Shown piece by piece: positions 60,501 through 64,000 of a DNA stretch of 64,000 nt. Position 1 is the first letter of the stretch. Each line of letters starts with the position of its first letter. The stretch spans positions 62,001-126,000 of the forward strand of contig CM074808.1 in the NCBI GenBank assembly GCA_037447605.1, given 5' to 3'. This stretch comes from Zygnema circumcarinatum SAG 698-1b (Eukaryota; Plantae; Zygnematophyceae). The position numbers were made by a program, and so were the translations under genes. A model generated the notes under the pieces. The model saw only the letters and a program-made list of their open reading frames with translations, searched no databases and was not told the DNA's origin.

Positions 60501-60635
60501 TTGTCATGCTGGGCGGAGAGGAGCTGAGCTTTGCTCTTTTGTGCCGGTTTGCAGATCCAGGATCTCACAAACAAGTACACAAAGCAGGTGGAGGACGTCT
60601 GCAGGAAGAAAGAGAAGGAGATAACGTCGGGATAG
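57558..60635 (+). CDS. RRF: Ribosome recycling factor, probably mitochondrial
   Basis: Arg-rich N-terminus ending SRGY|AT. Core reads LARDLAKLRTGRASA|GMLDHVTVEAYG...|ILQSPMGLNP...|RLTQEIRQ|AMVKLV...RRARKE|GLDEGKKLSESVSEDVAKRHEKV|IQDLTNKY...KKEKEI. Eight exons join in frame. Confidence 0.92.
58380..58389. other. Assembly gap (10 N) in RRF intron 1
   Basis: Run of N inside a C/T-rich tract. Confidence 0.99.
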
Positions 60636-62649
60636 GCCGGATTAGTTTTTTGCAGCAAACTCTTTTGCTTTGTCGGCAGAGTTTTTTCCCTTTTGACATG
60701 AATTCAATCATTCTGAAATAAAGACAATAATGCTGAAAGCTGTGTAGACACCTTTTTTTTATCTAGGTTTGTTTTTTTTTATCAGCAGGGAGCACAGTGC
60801 AACACTTGTTGTGAAAAAATTGTAACAGAATCCGAACTTTGGGCCCAAGATGACCCTCAAAACTAGAACTCCGTGAAGACCACTGCCGATCACGGAGTAG
60901 GCAAGGACTGGCCTTTGCCAGCAAACTATATCCCTGACTGACTGAAGACTGCGACAGACACTCTTCTCTAAACTGTAAACACTCTGCAATCTGAGAAAAG
61001 CGAAGAAGCTGATCAGGTTCGCACCAGTCTACGACCTTGGACGGCAATACTAGGGATTAAGCAAGAACGACTTGGGAGAGTCTGGAAGCATCAATTGCTT
61101 CAGCCTGTAATGAAGTGCTAATGAAGTGGCAGACTTCATTTATGAAGTTGCATAATTCAGCAAAGTAAGTCGACGAGCCTTACAAAATAAAAATAAAATC
61201 GACCGTTCTGACGTACCCATCCAGCGTTCCTATTCCACGTATTCCACGTATACCTTCCTCTACCATATGGAAGCAAATATTTAAGGTAGTCTTATGAGTA
61301 TTACAATCAGTATCTTCAATGAGCTCCATTTCATGCCTTCACTCGTCCTTTGTCAAAAACAGATATGTTGCCTGGACGCCAATGGGAACAAAAATCAAAC
61401 GGTCAGAAGTGCAGCAACTCCTTCAGTACCATCGGGAAAGCCCTAACTTGAACCAAAACAGCGCAAGAAGTATCATAATTCCACCAAATCTGTGGAATGT
61501 GAACGAAAAATCCAGTCAGGAATTGCGTACACTAATAGAACAAGGAATTCCAATACACTTAAAAAAACACGATAAGCGTTGACAAAATTTCCGCACGTTA
61601 CAGCCTCGCCTTCAGGTTTGGAATTCAGTTTGAAATGCTGACCCAGCAGAGGAAGGAAAAAACGGAGACCGCGATACATATTTGTTGCACAACGCACCAG
61701 TTGCAGGCGCCCTTCTTTCGTTTTCCCCTTTTTCCTGCCATGTTCATCACCAAGAGGTGGCGTCACATGAAGCGACAGTGCAAACTAGCAGCGAGCCGGC
61801 GAAGGAAGCAGGCAGGGAAAGAACTAGCCTCTGTAATTTCACTTTCAAGGCTCAGGACCGAGTTAGGGAAAACCGAAAAAACGACACAATTATGCTGAAA
61901 TATCACCAATTTGTCTGATGAAATTTGTGGATATCCTTACGTATGCCCTGCTATAGTAACTTCCAAACGATTCAAACGGAATTTCTCCGTAATTTTGCAG
62001 TCAGGTTTGTTTGCACACCCTTACACTCACCCTGTTCCATGTCATGTCCGAGTGAAATGGCACTCAGGGAGACTTGGGAGCGAGTTTTGGGCATGTTGTT
62101 GTTGGCGTGAGCCGCAGACACGTCTTCAGCATCCGTCCCAGTGACGATAGTCACCAGAGGGTTGGAGTTTACTCTCTTCAACATGGCGTACTGAGTGCTC
62201 ACCGCCTCTGAGTGGCGAACAAGCAACCCTAACGAACGCAGCCTTCCGCGGCGAGGCAGAAAACTGCAATCTTTCTTCCTTGCCTGCACTCCAAATGCAG
62301 CAGATCCTGCCTGCCTTCCTGAGCTTGCTTGAATGCAGGTATGTTCCCTCCGCTTCAGCACCTGCCACCCCCCTCCTCTTCTCCCTTCCTCCAAAAGGAC
62401 TGCCTCATCAACTGTCCTGTGCGCGCACCGGATAAAGTGGACATCGACCGTCCGCCGCGCAGTGGGAACACACCCGCCTCAATGGGTTTGAGATTTTTCT
62501 GGACCCTTTTGAGTGTGAACGCCTTCGAGGACCTGCCATGTCAGCGAGGGCGCGACAGAGTCAAGGCCGACCAACCTAGGAAAGTCAATCGCAACTTCTT
62601 TTTTTTATTTACGGGAAAAAACAAATTGCACCTCTGGTCCCATAACAGC

Positions 62650-62750
62650 ATGGCCCCATGGATAAATGGCCCCATCATGGGCCCATGGATGTATAGCCCC
62701 ATCATGGCCCCATGGATGGATGGCCCCATCCTGGCCCCATTGACGGGCCC
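62650..62750 (+). repeat. 27-bp tandem repeat x3 plus a partial unit upstream of SEN34, forming an in-frame uORF
   Basis: ATGGCCCCATGGATAAATGGCCCCATC / ATGGGCCCATGGATGTATAGCCCCATC / ATGGCCCCATGGATGGATGGCCCCATC / CTGGCCCCATTGACGGGCCC. Confidence 0.85.
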
Positions 62751-62936
62751 ATGCTGAACTTCGCAGAGGAAGAGCGCATCTCGGCGCTTGTCTTCGGCCT
62801 GTCTACGCGAAGCCATGGGGGGTAATCGCCTCCACTGACGGCGGGGGGGGAGGGTCTGCAGGGCGGGTAGGATAAGGGGGTGCTGCGCTTCGGGGTTGAG
62901 CTGCTTGGGCCGGTTTTTGGATGGAGGTTAGGTTTG

Positions 62937-64000
62937 ATGGCCGTGGAAGAGCGTTCAGAGGAGAATGCCATGCATGCGCCCATTGAGGCGTGCAGGGCAT
63001 GCGGCATGGTCATGGTGTGGCATGCCGATGGGGCTCGGAAGCTGCGCTTAACACATGGCATTGTGGGAACCATGGCCGGAACTCTTCCGGAGTTCCCTCA
63101 GCAGAACTCCGTCAGAGGCCTTCCCCTGCTCCTGTCTGCAGAGGAGGCTAGAGTTGTGTCAGCCATGGTTTCCTGCAGCTTATTCAAGCTGAGAGAGCTC
63201 CCAAAACTCCCTCCATACAGGGGCAGCTGCAGAGGGAGGAGAAGGAGGACATGATTAGTGCAGCTGCCCACCTTCCTACTTCTGGAATATCAGATGAGGA
63301 AACTTTTATGGCTGGTAGAGTTTCAAGGGATCAGGAGACAGGTTCACATAATGAAGGCGAGGGCGATGAGCTGATTAAAGCACGGGAGGTATCCTCCTGG
63401 GCCAGCCACGGCTGCGTAGAAATCCCTTTAATCTGTAAGCGCTGCAGAATCCCTGCCTTGATGCAAGAGCCGCAGGACTCTTCTGAGAAGTTGCGCTATG
63501 CGGTGATGTACGACCTCCATTTCCATGGCTATAGAGTGACAGACGGCACAAAGTTTGGAGCTGACTTTCTTGCATATCCTGGGGACCCCTCACTATTCCA
63601 TTCTCAATTTGCTGTTAGAATTGTACCTTGGAACGACGGAATGCTTGGAACTCACATTCTCGCAGCTGCAAGGGTAGCTCTCTCTGCTCGGAAACGGCTC
63701 GTGATTGCCTCAGTGCAGAGTACAGAGGAGGAGAAGGAAGAGACGGAGAACGTAGAGGAAGGAAAGAAGGTGGTGGAAGAGGAGAGGGAGGGGGGTGTTG
63801 GTGAGGGGGGAAGGGGAGGGTCGAGTGAAGAGAAAGAGAGGAATGGAGCAATCAGCAGGATAGACGGAGGTGAGTGTTCGAGCTCCAGTGGCTTTGCAGT
63901 CTCTGAGGAATCATCTACACAAGGACCATTTGAAAGCAGTTCATTAGTAAAGGGCAGTGTTTCAACTTTTAATTTAAATATGCGAGTCATTTACACCACC
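62937..64000 (+). CDS. SEN34: tRNA splicing endonuclease catalytic subunit, SEN34 type; frame break near 63167; truncated by the window end
   Basis: N-terminal VMVWHADGARKLRLTHGIVGTMAGTLPEFPQQNSVRGLPLLLSAEEARVV. In a second frame: LRYAVMYDLHFHGYRVTDGTKFGADFLAYPGDPSLFHSQF...AARVALSARKRLVIAS...RVIYTT, with the catalytic Tyr/His/Lys positions present. Confidence 0.88.

Overview
Eukaryotic nuclear DNA, gene-dense, with short spliceosomal introns full of (CT)n/(GA)n and telomere-like motifs. Protein similarity to land-plant families suggests a streptophyte, probably a streptophyte green alga (inference). Genes read by eye, in order: VAC14 (-), a divergent cyclin (+), two tandem ferric/cupric reductases FRO-A and FRO-B (-), a SANT+bromodomain protein with a ~1,500-aa acidic insert (-), an Lsi2/ArsB-family transporter (+), XPD helicase (+), an intron-containing elongator tRNA-Met(CAT) (-), an unassigned WD40 protein (-), a mitochondrial-type ribosome recycling factor (+), and a SEN34-type tRNA splicing endonuclease subunit (+, runs off the window). 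The most unusual structure is intergenic. There are three ~0.9-1 kb non-coding elements that are imperfect palindromes over essentially their whole length; one has GGAAAA...TTTTCC ends and a perfect 8-bp TSD. A second long-TIR element shares those ends. All four carry paired CCAAT-N9-CCACG (ERSE-type) composite motifs whose half-sites and spacing are conserved while the spacer varies. Other highlights: a dense GTAC (SPL7/CRR1 copper-response core) array upstream of only one FRO paralogue, an intron bounded by an 18-bp direct repeat, three GC-AG introns, and a frame break in SEN34 next to a conserved motif. Exon boundaries were inferred manually and no database search was run.
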